Below, piece by piece: positions 6,605 through 15,228 of a stretch of DNA of 27,042 bases. The stretch is from a virus (Duplodnaviria; Caudoviricetes): positions 1 through 27,042 of the IMG/VR virus record IMGVR_UViG_3300045189_000033. The stretch is one strand, 5' to 3'. The notes under the pieces are model-generated. The model made no database searches and was not told where the DNA came from. It was given only the letters and a program-made list of their open reading frames with translations. The stretch's first letter is position 1. Every line of letters starts with the position of its first letter. The position numbers and the translations under genes were made by a program.

Positions 6605-6880
6605 ATGTGTGGCAGCTTCGTGAAGAAGGTGTTGGACCCCATCGGCCTGAATAAGCGCTGGGACGATCCGCCCGATACGCCGGACACCGCGGCCGTTGAC
6701 CCTGAGGCTGAGCGCAAGAAGGCGGAGAACGAGGCCGCCGCTGCCGCCAATGCCAAGGTTGCGGAGCAGTCGCGCCAGCGCCGCGCCAACAGCTTGCTGT
6801 CATCGGGTGGTGGCGGCCAGACGCAGCAGGCCCAGACGTCCTCCGTCCTGGCCTACGGCAAGAACAAACTCGGGGAGTAG
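6605..6880 (+). CDS. Small virion-associated protein upstream of portal (91 aa)
   Basis: MCG start, Ala/Gln-rich helix, LLS...KLG end; occupies the position of T7 gp7.3-type proteins. Confidence 0.7.
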   Translation: MCGSFVKKVLDPIGLNKRWDDPPDTPDTAAVDPEAERKKAENEAAAAANAKVAEQSRQRRANSLLSSGGGGQTQQAQTSSVLAYGKNKLGE

Positions 6881-6886
6881 CCCGCC

Positions 6887-8512
6887 GTGTCGCAAGTGGA
6901 TCTTGCCACCTCGATCATCCGCCGCCTCGGCGAACTCAAGGGCGTGCGCACGCCGAACGAAGACACCTGGCGCGAGTGCGGCGACTACAGCTTCCCCATC
7001 CGGTCGCAGGGCTTCTACGGCGAGCGCGAGGAACTGAGCGGTACGCAGACCAAACAGGCCCAGATGTACGACTCCACAGCGCCGGACGCCGCGCGCATCC
7101 TGGCCTCCAGCACACAGACGGGCAGCACGCCGTCGAACACGCGCTGGTTCGGACTGACCGTGCAGGACCAGCAGGATAGCGAGCGCCAGTGGCTGGACGC
7201 ATCCGCACAGAGCCTATGGACTGAGATCCACGCCAGCAACTTCGATGCGGAAAGCATGGACGGCCTGCTGGACATGGTGGCCTTCGGCTGGTTCGTCATG
7301 TTCGTGAACCTGGCCCAGGACAACGACGGCGCGGTCAGTGGCTTTCAATTCGAGCTGTGGCCCGTCGGCAGTTGCTACTGCGCATCCTCCACGCCGGCCG
7401 GGCCCATCGATACGATATTCCGCCCTTATTGCCTCACGGTGGAGCAATGCGTTTCGCAGTTCGGTATGGCCAGCGTCAGCGAGAAGGTGCGCGAACTTTA
7501 CGATTCCGAGAAGTACGACGAGAAGGTCAACCTGATCCACGCGATCTACCCGCGCCGCCACGGACGCCAGGGCGCGGCGCGGGCGCGGAACATGCCGTTC
7601 GCTTCGGTGTACGTGGATTGCGACAACAAGCAGGTGGTGCGGGAATCCGGCTTTCATGAGCAGCCGTTCTTCGCACCGCGCTGGACCCGTATCCCGAATT
7701 CGGTCTATGCAGTCGGGCCGATGTTCGACGCGCTGCCCGACACCAAAACCATCAACAAGCTGGCTCAGATGGAGCTGGCCAACGCCGATATCGCCGTAGC
7801 GGGCATGTGGATCGCAGAGGACGACGGCGTCTTGAACCCGCGCACGGTGAAAGTCGGCCCGCGCAAGATCATCGTGGCCAACAGCGTGGACAGCATGAAG
7901 CCGCTGCAGACTGGGGCGGACTTCAACATTTCCTTCACGAAACGGGCCGACCTGGAAGCCAAGATCCGCAAGATCATGATGGCCGACCAGTTGCCGCCCA
8001 TGGAGGGGCAGCCGCGCACGGCCACCGAGTTCTACGCGCGCATCAACCTCATCCGCCAGTTGCTGGGCCCGGTCTACGGCCGGATGCAGTCGGAGTACCT
8101 GAAGCCGCTGATCAATCGCTGTTTCGGCCTGGCCTTTCGCGCCGGCCTGTTCGATCCTCCACCGCAGTCCCTGGCCGGCCGCCCCTACAGCATCGTCTAC
8201 CTGTCGCCGATGGCCAAGAGCCAGAAGCTGGAAGAGGTCAGCGCTATCGAGGGCACCTTCGCCGCGGCGGCGCAACTGGCGGCCGCCAAGGGCGATCCCA
8301 CGGTGTGGGACAACTATGACGTGGACGAGGGCATGCGGATCGCGGCTGACGGCCGCGGCGTTCCCGCCAAGATCGTGCGCAACGCGGATGACGTGGCCGA
8401 GATCCGCCGCATTCGCGCCGAGCAGGAACAGCAGGCCCAGCAGCAGGCCATGCAGCAGCAGATCGGCATGGAAGCGGCAAGCGCCGGCATTCAACGGATG
8501 GCACAGCAATGA
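6887..8512 (+). CDS. Portal / head-to-tail connector (T7 gp8-like family)
   Basis: 541 aa; YDSTA, PRW...VYAVGP...ALPD and RTATE motifs; Gln-rich C-terminus. Confidence 0.95.
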   Translation: MSQVDLATSIIRRLGELKGVRTPNEDTWRECGDYSFPIRSQGFYGEREELSGTQTKQAQMYDSTAPDAARILASSTQTGSTPSNTRWFGLTVQDQQDSERQWLDASAQSLWTEIHASNFDAESMDGLLDMVAFGWFVMFVNLAQDNDGAVSGFQFELWPVGSCYCASSTPAGPIDTIFRPYCLTVEQCVSQFGMASVSEKVRELYDSEKYDEKVNLIHAIYPRRHGRQGAARARNMPFASVYVDCDNKQVVRESGFHEQPFFAPRWTRIPNSVYAVGPMFDALPDTKTINKLAQMELANADIAVAGMWIAEDDGVLNPRTVKVGPRKIIVANSVDSMKPLQTGADFNISFTKRADLEAKIRKIMMADQLPPMEGQPRTATEFYARINLIRQLLGPVYGRMQSEYLKPLINRCFGLAFRAGLFDPPPQSLAGRPYSIVYLSPMAKSQKLEEVSAIEGTFAAAAQLAAAKGDPTVWDNYDVDEGMRIAADGRGVPAKIVRNADDVAEIRRIRAEQEQQAQQQAMQQQIGMEAASAGIQRMAQQ

Positions 8513-8742
8513 CCGTAGAACCCAGCGTCTACAAGGAAATTTTCGAGGATGACCGGCGCGGCGCCGCGGTGCTGGAGGACCTGATCCAGCGGTTTGCGCG
8601 GCCCCAGGTGAACAGCGGCGGCATCGATGCGGTCCTCAAGACCTACGAGCGCGGCGGCATGCGCCTGGTGCTGGACTTCATCACGGCGCAGATCAATCGG
8701 GCCAACGGCGTGCCCGACGTAAACGCCGAACCAGGAGAGTGA
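8509..8742 (+). CDS. Bbp19-like small protein
   Basis: YKEIFE...GAAVLEDL...F...GGMRLVLDFI pattern; between portal and scaffold. Confidence 0.7.
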   Translation: MTVEPSVYKEIFEDDRRGAAVLEDLIQRFARPQVNSGGIDAVLKTYERGGMRLVLDFITAQINRANGVPDVNAEPGE

Positions 8743-8745
8743 TCA

Positions 8746-9654
8746 ATGTGGATTCGTGGACTGATGCATCGCGTCATGCAGGAAGCTGGCGAGGATGGTG
8801 GCGGCGCTGGTGGCGGCACCGGGGCCGATGGCTCCGGCGGCAATGACGGCGCGCCCGCAGGTGGTGCTGACGCCCCTGCCACCGCGGGAGGTGATGGCGC
8901 CGCGCCTGCGGCCGGTTCCCTCCTGAAGCAGGGAGAGGGCGGTGCTGATCCCCTTCCGCAGGAATTCATCCCCGAGAAATACCGCGTGACGAAGGAGGGC
9001 GGGGATTTCGACCTGGAAGCCTCGGCACGAAAGCTCGCCGACGCCCATGGACATCTGGAAAAGCGCCTGGGGACGGGCGACGTTCCGCCGAAGGATGTGG
9101 GCGAATACAAGGTGCAGCCGCCGGAGGCGATGGCCGACTACCAGGCCGGGGATGATCCGGCCATGCAGGCCTTCCTGGCTGACGCGCACAAAGCCGGCTT
9201 GACGCAGGCACAACTGGACGTGGTCATGAAGCACCACTTCGAGGGCGCCCAGAAGATGGCGCAGGGTTTCCAGGCGTTGGACCAGCAGCAGGCCACCGAG
9301 CAACTGCAGAAGGTCTGGGGCAAGGACGAACAGGGGTTCAAGCGCCAGGCGGGGCTGGCCCATGCGGGCGCCGCTGCGGCCGCCGAGCGCGCGGGCGTGA
9401 CGATGAAAGAGATCGAGCAGGCCGGCCTGGGCAACAACCCCACCTTCCTGCGCCTGATGTCCGCCATCGGCTCCGAGTTCCAGGAAGATGCCGGCCCGGG
9501 CAAGACGTCGTTCCGCGCCTTCGGCGAAGACGACGTCCAGCAGTTGATTCTGTCGGACGCCTACAAGAACCCGCGCCATCCGGACCATGCAAAGGTCAGC
9601 GAGCGCGTGCGTACCTACTTCGAGCGCAAGCACGGCAAGGAAGTCGTGGCCTAG
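8746..9654 (+). CDS. Capsid assembly scaffolding protein
   Basis: Gly/acidic N-terminus, IPEKY, HLEKRLG, AHKAGLTQAQ, AYKNPRHPDH; directly precedes the capsid gene. Confidence 0.85.
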   Translation: MWIRGLMHRVMQEAGEDGGGAGGGTGADGSGGNDGAPAGGADAPATAGGDGAAPAAGSLLKQGEGGADPLPQEFIPEKYRVTKEGGDFDLEASARKLADAHGHLEKRLGTGDVPPKDVGEYKVQPPEAMADYQAGDDPAMQAFLADAHKAGLTQAQLDVVMKHHFEGAQKMAQGFQALDQQQATEQLQKVWGKDEQGFKRQAGLAHAGAAAAAERAGVTMKEIEQAGLGNNPTFLRLMSAIGSEFQEDAGPGKTSFRAFGEDDVQQLILSDAYKNPRHPDHAKVSERVRTYFERKHGKEVVA

Positions 9655-9668
9655 CCGCTCTTCAAATT

Positions 9669-9701
9669 GCCGAGATTTCGGCACCCCCACAGCGTGACCA
9701 T
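9669..9701 (+). promoter_or_regulatory. Putative late promoter 2 (capsid)
   Basis: GCCGAGATTTCGGC (9669-9682) - 13 bp - GACCAT (9696-9701). Confidence 0.75.
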
Positions 9702-9852
9702 TGCGGGCATTCACCGGCCCGCATGGCACGCGGACACCCGGTAAGAGCCCTCCCAGTGGTGCGGTAGCCGGCAGCAGTGGGCGACTTATGCGGGCCCCCC
9801 CAGGGACACCCCGCCAGGCGAATTGAACCGATCAATCCGTTTGGAGTTGTCC

Positions 9853-10722
9853 ATGTCGAACACCATTACCCAAGCGTTCGTGATCCAGTGGGACACGACC
9901 ATCCGCCTGCAGGCCCAGCAACTGGATTCCCGCTTCGCTGGCTGCGTCACCGACCGCGGCACGATCACCGGCGAATCCTTCACGGCCAACCGCCTGGCGC
10001 CGCTCGATGACATGCCCGAGAACACCGTCCGTCACGGCGACACCGTCTTCTCCGAGGCCACCCACAGCACGCGCGTCGCGCTGATGCGCGATTTCTTCCA
10101 GGCGCTGCCTGTCGACCGCAACGACGAGCCCAAGGTGCTGGCCAACCCCCTGAACGGCAGCTACATGTCGTCCCTGGTGGCGGCCCACAATCGCCGCAAG
10201 GACTCGATCATCTACAACGCGCTGATCGGAAACGCTCAGACCAAGGACGGCGCCCAGATCGCATTGCCGGCTGGCCAGATCATCACCGCCAGCGGCACGG
10301 GCTTCACCAAGGGCAAGCTGCTGACGGCGCGCAAGATGTTCCGCAAGAACGAGGCCGACTCGCACAACGGCGAAGAGCTGTACATCACGTACACCGCCGA
10401 AATGCTGGAAGACATCCTGGCGGACACGACGCTCACCAGCGCCGACTTCCTGGCCGTGAAGATGCTCCAGGACGGCGACGTCTCGGGCAACTGGATGGGC
10501 TTCCGCTGGAAGCCGTACGAAGCGGTGCAGATCACGGGCGGCAACACCGCGCGCACCGTGGCCTGGGCCAAGAGCGCCATCCATTTCGGTTCCGGCTACG
10601 TGGAAGGCACGGCGGGCCGGCGCAAGGACAAGAAGAACCTCATGCAGGTGGACATGGGCGCGTCCCATGGCGCCGTCCGCGTCGAGGAAGAGAAGGTCGT
10701 CGCCATCGACTTCACCTTCTAA
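9853..10722 (+). CDS. Major capsid protein (289 aa)
   Basis: GGAG SD, ATG 9853; LQAQQLDSRF, GNWMGFRW and GAVRVEEEKVV motifs typical of BPP-1-like capsids; strong codon bias. Confidence 0.9.
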   Translation: MSNTITQAFVIQWDTTIRLQAQQLDSRFAGCVTDRGTITGESFTANRLAPLDDMPENTVRHGDTVFSEATHSTRVALMRDFFQALPVDRNDEPKVLANPLNGSYMSSLVAAHNRRKDSIIYNALIGNAQTKDGAQIALPAGQIITASGTGFTKGKLLTARKMFRKNEADSHNGEELYITYTAEMLEDILADTTLTSADFLAVKMLQDGDVSGNWMGFRWKPYEAVQITGGNTARTVAWAKSAIHFGSGYVEGTAGRRKDKKNLMQVDMGASHGAVRVEEEKVVAIDFTF

Positions 10723-10758
10723 CCCTCGATCCCCTGATCGAAATTCCTGGAGAACACC

Positions 10759-11217
10759 ATGGCTGAAGTGAACAGCGTGCAAGCGCAAAAGGTGGCGGAC
10801 CGCAAGAAGCTGCTCCCCGCCGAATCCCACGGCCGCCAGCGTGTGCTGGTGGCGACCCTGCCGGCTACCCACGCCGCGTATGCCATCAACGACACGATCC
10901 TGCTGGGCGTGGTGCCGGTGAACAGCCGCTTCCTGACCGGCGGCGTGCTGTCGGTGGGCGGTACCGGCACGGCGTCTTCAACCGTCGACATCGGCATCCG
11001 CAATGCCAGCACCAAGGTCGTCATCGACGCAGACGGTGTGGCCGACGGCGTCGATATCTCGGCGGCCGGCAAGATCGACGCGGACACTGGCGTACTGGTG
11101 GCGGCCGCGGCCGACTACATCACGCCGGCGGACGTGGAGGTGTATGCGACGGTGCTGGGTGCTGTGCTGGCGGCCAACCAGCAAATCCGCTTCGAAATTC
11201 CGTATGTGACCGACTGA
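10759..11217 (+). CDS. Probable capsid cement/decoration protein (152 aa)
   Basis: Beta-rich; follows the capsid gene and precedes the terminator, so it would be co-expressed at high level. Confidence 0.65.
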   Translation: MAEVNSVQAQKVADRKKLLPAESHGRQRVLVATLPATHAAYAINDTILLGVVPVNSRFLTGGVLSVGGTGTASSTVDIGIRNASTKVVIDADGVADGVDISAAGKIDADTGVLVAAAADYITPADVEVYATVLGAVLAANQQIRFEIPYVTD

Positions 11218-11256
11218 CCGTATCCGTGGTCATCCCCTGGGTTCCAGCGGGACGTT

Positions 11257-11287
11257 GCCGGGGGCTTGTCCCCCGGCTTTTTCATTT
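11257..11287 (+). terminator. Rho-independent terminator after the capsid/cement genes
   Basis: GCCGGGGG-CTTGT-CCCCCGGC followed by TTTTTCATTT. Confidence 0.9.
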
Positions 11288-11298
11288 CAGGTGCCTGA

Positions 11299-11868
11299 AT
11301 GTCTACCGCCAGCGAAATATCCATCTGCTCCAATGCGCTTCAGCGGCTCGGTGCTGACCCGATCGCCAGTTTCCAGGAGAACTCGCGCTTCGCGGGGCGC
11401 TGCGCCAACATCTGGCCGACGGTGCGCAACATGGTGCTGCGCGCCCACCCGTGGAACTGCGCGACCAAGCGCGTGATCCTGGCCCCGCTGGTGGAGATTC
11501 CGGCCTTCGACTATGGCTATCAGTTCAACCTGCCCATGGACTGGCTCAAGACCGTGCAGGTTGGGCGCCGGAACTGCCCGCTGACGTACCAGCAGGAGGG
11601 CCGCCGGATTCTGGCGTGCGTGAACGCGCTGCCGCTGGTCTACATCTGGGAGAACAGCAATCCGGGCACTTGGGACGATTCCATGGTCGAGGCGGCAGAG
11701 ATCCTCATGGCTGGCGCCATGGCCTATCCGGTGACGTCGTCCACGACGCTGCGCGACAGCCTCAACCAGGAGGGGCAGTTCAAGCTGAAGGTGGCAAAGG
11801 CCATCGACGGCCAAGACCAGCCGCCGGAAGAGTTCGGCGATTCGCCCCTGACCATGGCTCGGTTCTGA
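11299..11868 (+). CDS. Tail adaptor (tail tubular protein A-like)
   Basis: ISICSNALQRLG...LRAHPWNCA...YQFNLPMDWL pattern; synteny. Confidence 0.85.
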   Translation: MSTASEISICSNALQRLGADPIASFQENSRFAGRCANIWPTVRNMVLRAHPWNCATKRVILAPLVEIPAFDYGYQFNLPMDWLKTVQVGRRNCPLTYQQEGRRILACVNALPLVYIWENSNPGTWDDSMVEAAEILMAGAMAYPVTSSTTLRDSLNQEGQFKLKVAKAIDGQDQPPEEFGDSPLTMARF

Positions 11869-11878
11869 GGGGGACGGC

Positions 11879-14320
11879 ATGCCGCGCATCAGCACCATCC
11901 AAACCAATTTCACGGCCGGCGAGATCTCCCCGAAGGTGCGGGGCCGCGTCGATATCGCACGCTACCAGAACGGCGCCGAGGCCCTGCGCAATGTCATCGT
12001 GAACGTGTACGGGGGGGCCGAGCGCACACCCGGCACGCGCATGATCAAGCCCGTGAAAAACGAAGCGGACCGGACGCGCTCGGTACCTTTCGTCGTCAGC
12101 CGGGACGTTTCTTATGTCCTGGAGCTGGGGAATTTCTACATGCGCGTCTTCAGGGCCAGCGCCGGCCAGATCGTCATCGGCTCCGTTCCCTATGAAATTG
12201 CCACCCCCTGGTCTGTGGCCGCGGTCTGGGAACTGCGATACGCCCAGAAGGACAACACGATGTTCTTCACGCATCCGCAGGTTCCGCCGCAGATGCTGCA
12301 GCGCCTGACGGAGACGAACTGGCGCCTGCGCGCGGTGCCGTTTTCTGTGCTGCCATTCGCCGAGATCGGAATTTCCCATCTGTTTCAGATGACAATCAGC
12401 GACCCCACGATCGGCCCCGCACGTACGGTCAGCACGCCGTCTCCCGCATTCTTGAATAGCGATGTGGGACGCCAGATCATCGCCGGCCCCGGCATCGCCA
12501 ACATCACCGGGTTCATCGACACCCAGAACGTCGTGGTGGATGTCGAATCCGAGTTCCTGTCCACGGTGGTGGGCGCCGGCGACTGGATCCTCGCCGGTTC
12601 GCCGCAGGCTCCCGTCAAACCTTCGGAAAAAGGGACCGTCGGCAAGACGATTTCCATCACGATGCAGTCCACCACGACGCCGGGCACACCGCAGCCCAAG
12701 AAGACGATCACCAACCTTGTGCTGCAGGCCCCGACGGTGGCGCGGGCGACCGTGCCGGCGCATGGCTACAGCTCAGGAAACCTCGTTCGGGTCGAGGATT
12801 GCGACCCCGTCGATTACAACCAGCAGGAAACCATCACGGTCGTGGACCCCAACCAGTTCGAATATGACGTCCCCGGCTCGCCGTCGCCGCCCACGGTGCT
12901 GGGCACCGCGCAGATGATCCCCGGATCGGTGACCACCGGCTACGACGGATTCCGGCCGGGCGATGTGGGGCAGTACCTGCGCATCAACCGCGGCCTGGTC
13001 CTGATCACCGAGTACGTCGACGCGCGAACCGTTCGTGGTGTCGTGCGTGCTGACCTGGATTCGGACGTGGAGGCGCCCGCTGGCGCCTGGTCGCTCGAGC
13101 AAAGCGTGTGGGGTGCGCAGTATGGATACCCCAAGGCGGTGGCCATCAACCAGCAGCGCCTGGTGTTTGGCGGCACGGAGCGCGATCCGAATGGATGCTG
13201 GGGCAGCCGCACTGGCCTGTACTTCGATTTCACCATCGGCGACTTGGACACCGATGCCTTCTTCTACGCGCTGGACGGCGAGAGCAATGGCATCCAGCAT
13301 CTCGCCAGCGTGCGCGCGCTGCTGGCGCTGACGCTGGGCACAGAATGGACGCTGGCCGGCGGCGTGGAGAAGCCGCTCACGCCCACGAACGTGCAGGCGA
13401 AGGACCAGAGCGTCTACGGCACGACGGACGTGCGGCCGGCCCGTATTGGAGACGAGCTGGTCTTCGTGCAACGGGCCGGCACCAGCGTGCTTGCCATGTC
13501 GTACAGCGTCGCGACGGATTCGTACCGCTCACCCGATTTGACGATCCTGTCTGAACACCTGCTGAGTTCGGGCGTCGTGGATATGGCCTATCAGCAAAAG
13601 CCTATGTCGATCCTGTGGTGCGTCTGCGCTGACGGTTCCCTGGCCACCATGACCATAGATCGGGACGAGGGTGTGATCGCCTGGACGCGACAGGAAACTG
13701 ACGGGGCCTTCGAAAGCGTCTGCGTGGTGCCGGCCGGCGCCGTGGATGAAGTCTGGGTGACCGTCCGGCGCTCCGTGAATGGAGCCACCCGCCGCTACAT
13801 GGAACGTTTCGACCCGGCGGCCTACTGCCATTCAGCGGCCTTCGGTGAGGATCCTGCGGGCAGGCGGGTCTGGGGTGGATTGGACCACCTCGAGGGCAAG
13901 ACGGTGGTGTGCAACGCCGACGGCGCGAAGCAGCCGCCGATGATCGTGAGCGGCGGCGAGGTCACCTTGCCGCGCGACGCCAAGAAGGTTCAGATCGGGC
14001 TGCAGGTCATCCCCCGCGTGAAGCTTTTGCGGCCTGAAATTGGTACGCCCACGGGAACCGCCCAGGCCAGCAGCATGCGGCCCCATGAGTTCTACGCGCT
14101 GTTCCTGAACACCGTGGGGACCTATATCAACGGCTTGCCCGTGGGCCTACGCAAGTTCGGCCCGGGGATTCTGGACGAGCCGCCCATGCCGTCTACGGGC
14201 TGGGAGGGCGTGGGCGCCACTGGTTGGGAGAAAGGCGAGATGCACACCGAATTCACGCAGCCCGACCCGCTGCCGTTCCACCTGCTCGCCGTCGTGCGGA
14301 AATGGACGACCAATGATTAG
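11879..14320 (+). CDS. Tail nozzle (tail tubular protein B-like)
   Basis: 813 aa; IQTNFTAGEISP start and GYPKAVAINQQRLVFGG motif. Confidence 0.88.
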   Translation: MPRISTIQTNFTAGEISPKVRGRVDIARYQNGAEALRNVIVNVYGGAERTPGTRMIKPVKNEADRTRSVPFVVSRDVSYVLELGNFYMRVFRASAGQIVIGSVPYEIATPWSVAAVWELRYAQKDNTMFFTHPQVPPQMLQRLTETNWRLRAVPFSVLPFAEIGISHLFQMTISDPTIGPARTVSTPSPAFLNSDVGRQIIAGPGIANITGFIDTQNVVVDVESEFLSTVVGAGDWILAGSPQAPVKPSEKGTVGKTISITMQSTTTPGTPQPKKTITNLVLQAPTVARATVPAHGYSSGNLVRVEDCDPVDYNQQETITVVDPNQFEYDVPGSPSPPTVLGTAQMIPGSVTTGYDGFRPGDVGQYLRINRGLVLITEYVDARTVRGVVRADLDSDVEAPAGAWSLEQSVWGAQYGYPKAVAINQQRLVFGGTERDPNGCWGSRTGLYFDFTIGDLDTDAFFYALDGESNGIQHLASVRALLALTLGTEWTLAGGVEKPLTPTNVQAKDQSVYGTTDVRPARIGDELVFVQRAGTSVLAMSYSVATDSYRSPDLTILSEHLLSSGVVDMAYQQKPMSILWCVCADGSLATMTIDRDEGVIAWTRQETDGAFESVCVVPAGAVDEVWVTVRRSVNGATRRYMERFDPAAYCHSAAFGEDPAGRRVWGGLDHLEGKTVVCNADGAKQPPMIVSGGEVTLPRDAKKVQIGLQVIPRVKLLRPEIGTPTGTAQASSMRPHEFYALFLNTVGTYINGLPVGLRKFGPGILDEPPMPSTGWEGVGATGWEKGEMHTEFTQPDPLPFHLLAVVRKWTTND

Positions 14321-14759
14321 GCACGCTACCCATTCCGACATCAATGCGCTGCTGCCGCTGGCTGCGGCGATGCATGCCGAGTCCAGGTTTCATGCTCTGG
14401 ATTTCGACCAGAACAAAATGCGCGCCCTGTTCGAGCACCTGGCCGGGAACGAGAACGGCTGCCTGCTCACGGTTGAGCACGACGGCGCCCTGCACGGAGT
14501 GCTGGCCGGCGGCCTGGCGCAGGACTTCTTCGGCAACACCGTGGCCGCCTTCGAATACGGCGTCTACGTGGCGCCGACGCGGCGCGGCTCGATGGATGGC
14601 GTGCGGCTGGTGAAAACGTATCTCGCCTGGGCCCGAGGCCGGGGCGCGGTCTACATCAACATGGGGGTCACGACCGGCGTGACGACCGACCGGACAGGCG
14701 CGCTTTACGAACGGCTGGGCGCGCGCAAGGTCGGGGATCTCTATTCCTGGGGGTTGTGA
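14313..14759 (+). CDS. GNAT-fold acetyltransferase-like protein
   Basis: MIRHAT..DI, VYVAPTRRGS (acetyl-CoA motif A-like), ALYERLG. Confidence 0.8.
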   Translation: MIRHATHSDINALLPLAAAMHAESRFHALDFDQNKMRALFEHLAGNENGCLLTVEHDGALHGVLAGGLAQDFFGNTVAAFEYGVYVAPTRRGSMDGVRLVKTYLAWARGRGAVYINMGVTTGVTTDRTGALYERLGARKVGDLYSWGL

Positions 14760-14760
14760 A

Positions 14761-15228
14761 ATGGGATGGTTTGCATTGGCCGCGATGGCGGTGGGAACGG
14801 TTCTTCAGGCCCAGAGCCAGGAGGAGCAGGGCAAGCAGCAGCAGGCGCTGGCGAACGCGCAGGCGGATCAGCAGGACATCCAGGCCGCGCAGGAGCGCGA
14901 CGCCGCGATGGCCCAGGCCGAGAAGATCCGGCGCGCTGGTCGGCGCCAGGCTTCGGAGGCAGAGGCCGCCTACGCCGCGTCGGGGGTATCGGTAGGCACC
15001 GGGACGCCTGTGCGGGTGAACGAATCGATCTACCGCGATTCCGAGGAGGACGCTTTCAATACGATTCTCACGGGTGAGCGCCGCGGCAGGTCGCTGAACA
15101 CCGAAGCCAATCTGACGCGCACCTCTGGCGCGAACGCGCGCAGCGCGGGCAACACGGCCGCCACCAGCAGCCTGCTGAGCGGCGCCGCGCAGTACGGCAT
15201 GTGGAAATACAAGGGGTCTACGAAATGA
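14761..15228 (+). CDS. Internal virion (ejection) protein, small
   Basis: Hydrophobic N-terminus, Gln/Ala helices, AASGV motif; T7 gp14 position. Confidence 0.75.
   Translation: MGWFALAAMAVGTVLQAQSQEEQGKQQQALANAQADQQDIQAAQERDAAMAQAEKIRRAGRRQASEAEAAYAASGVSVGTGTPVRVNESIYRDSEEDAFNTILTGERRGRSLNTEANLTRTSGANARSAGNTAATSSLLSGAAQYGMWKYKGSTK

Noticed and set aside
10700-10760. Programmed frameshift or read-through extending the capsid protein
   Set aside because: No slippery heptamer near the TAA stop, and the next gene has its own SD.
14313-14759. GNAT protein as a toxin or novel system
   Set aside because: It is translationally coupled within the tail module, where podoviruses commonly carry such a gene (T7 gp13 position); no antitoxin-like partner.
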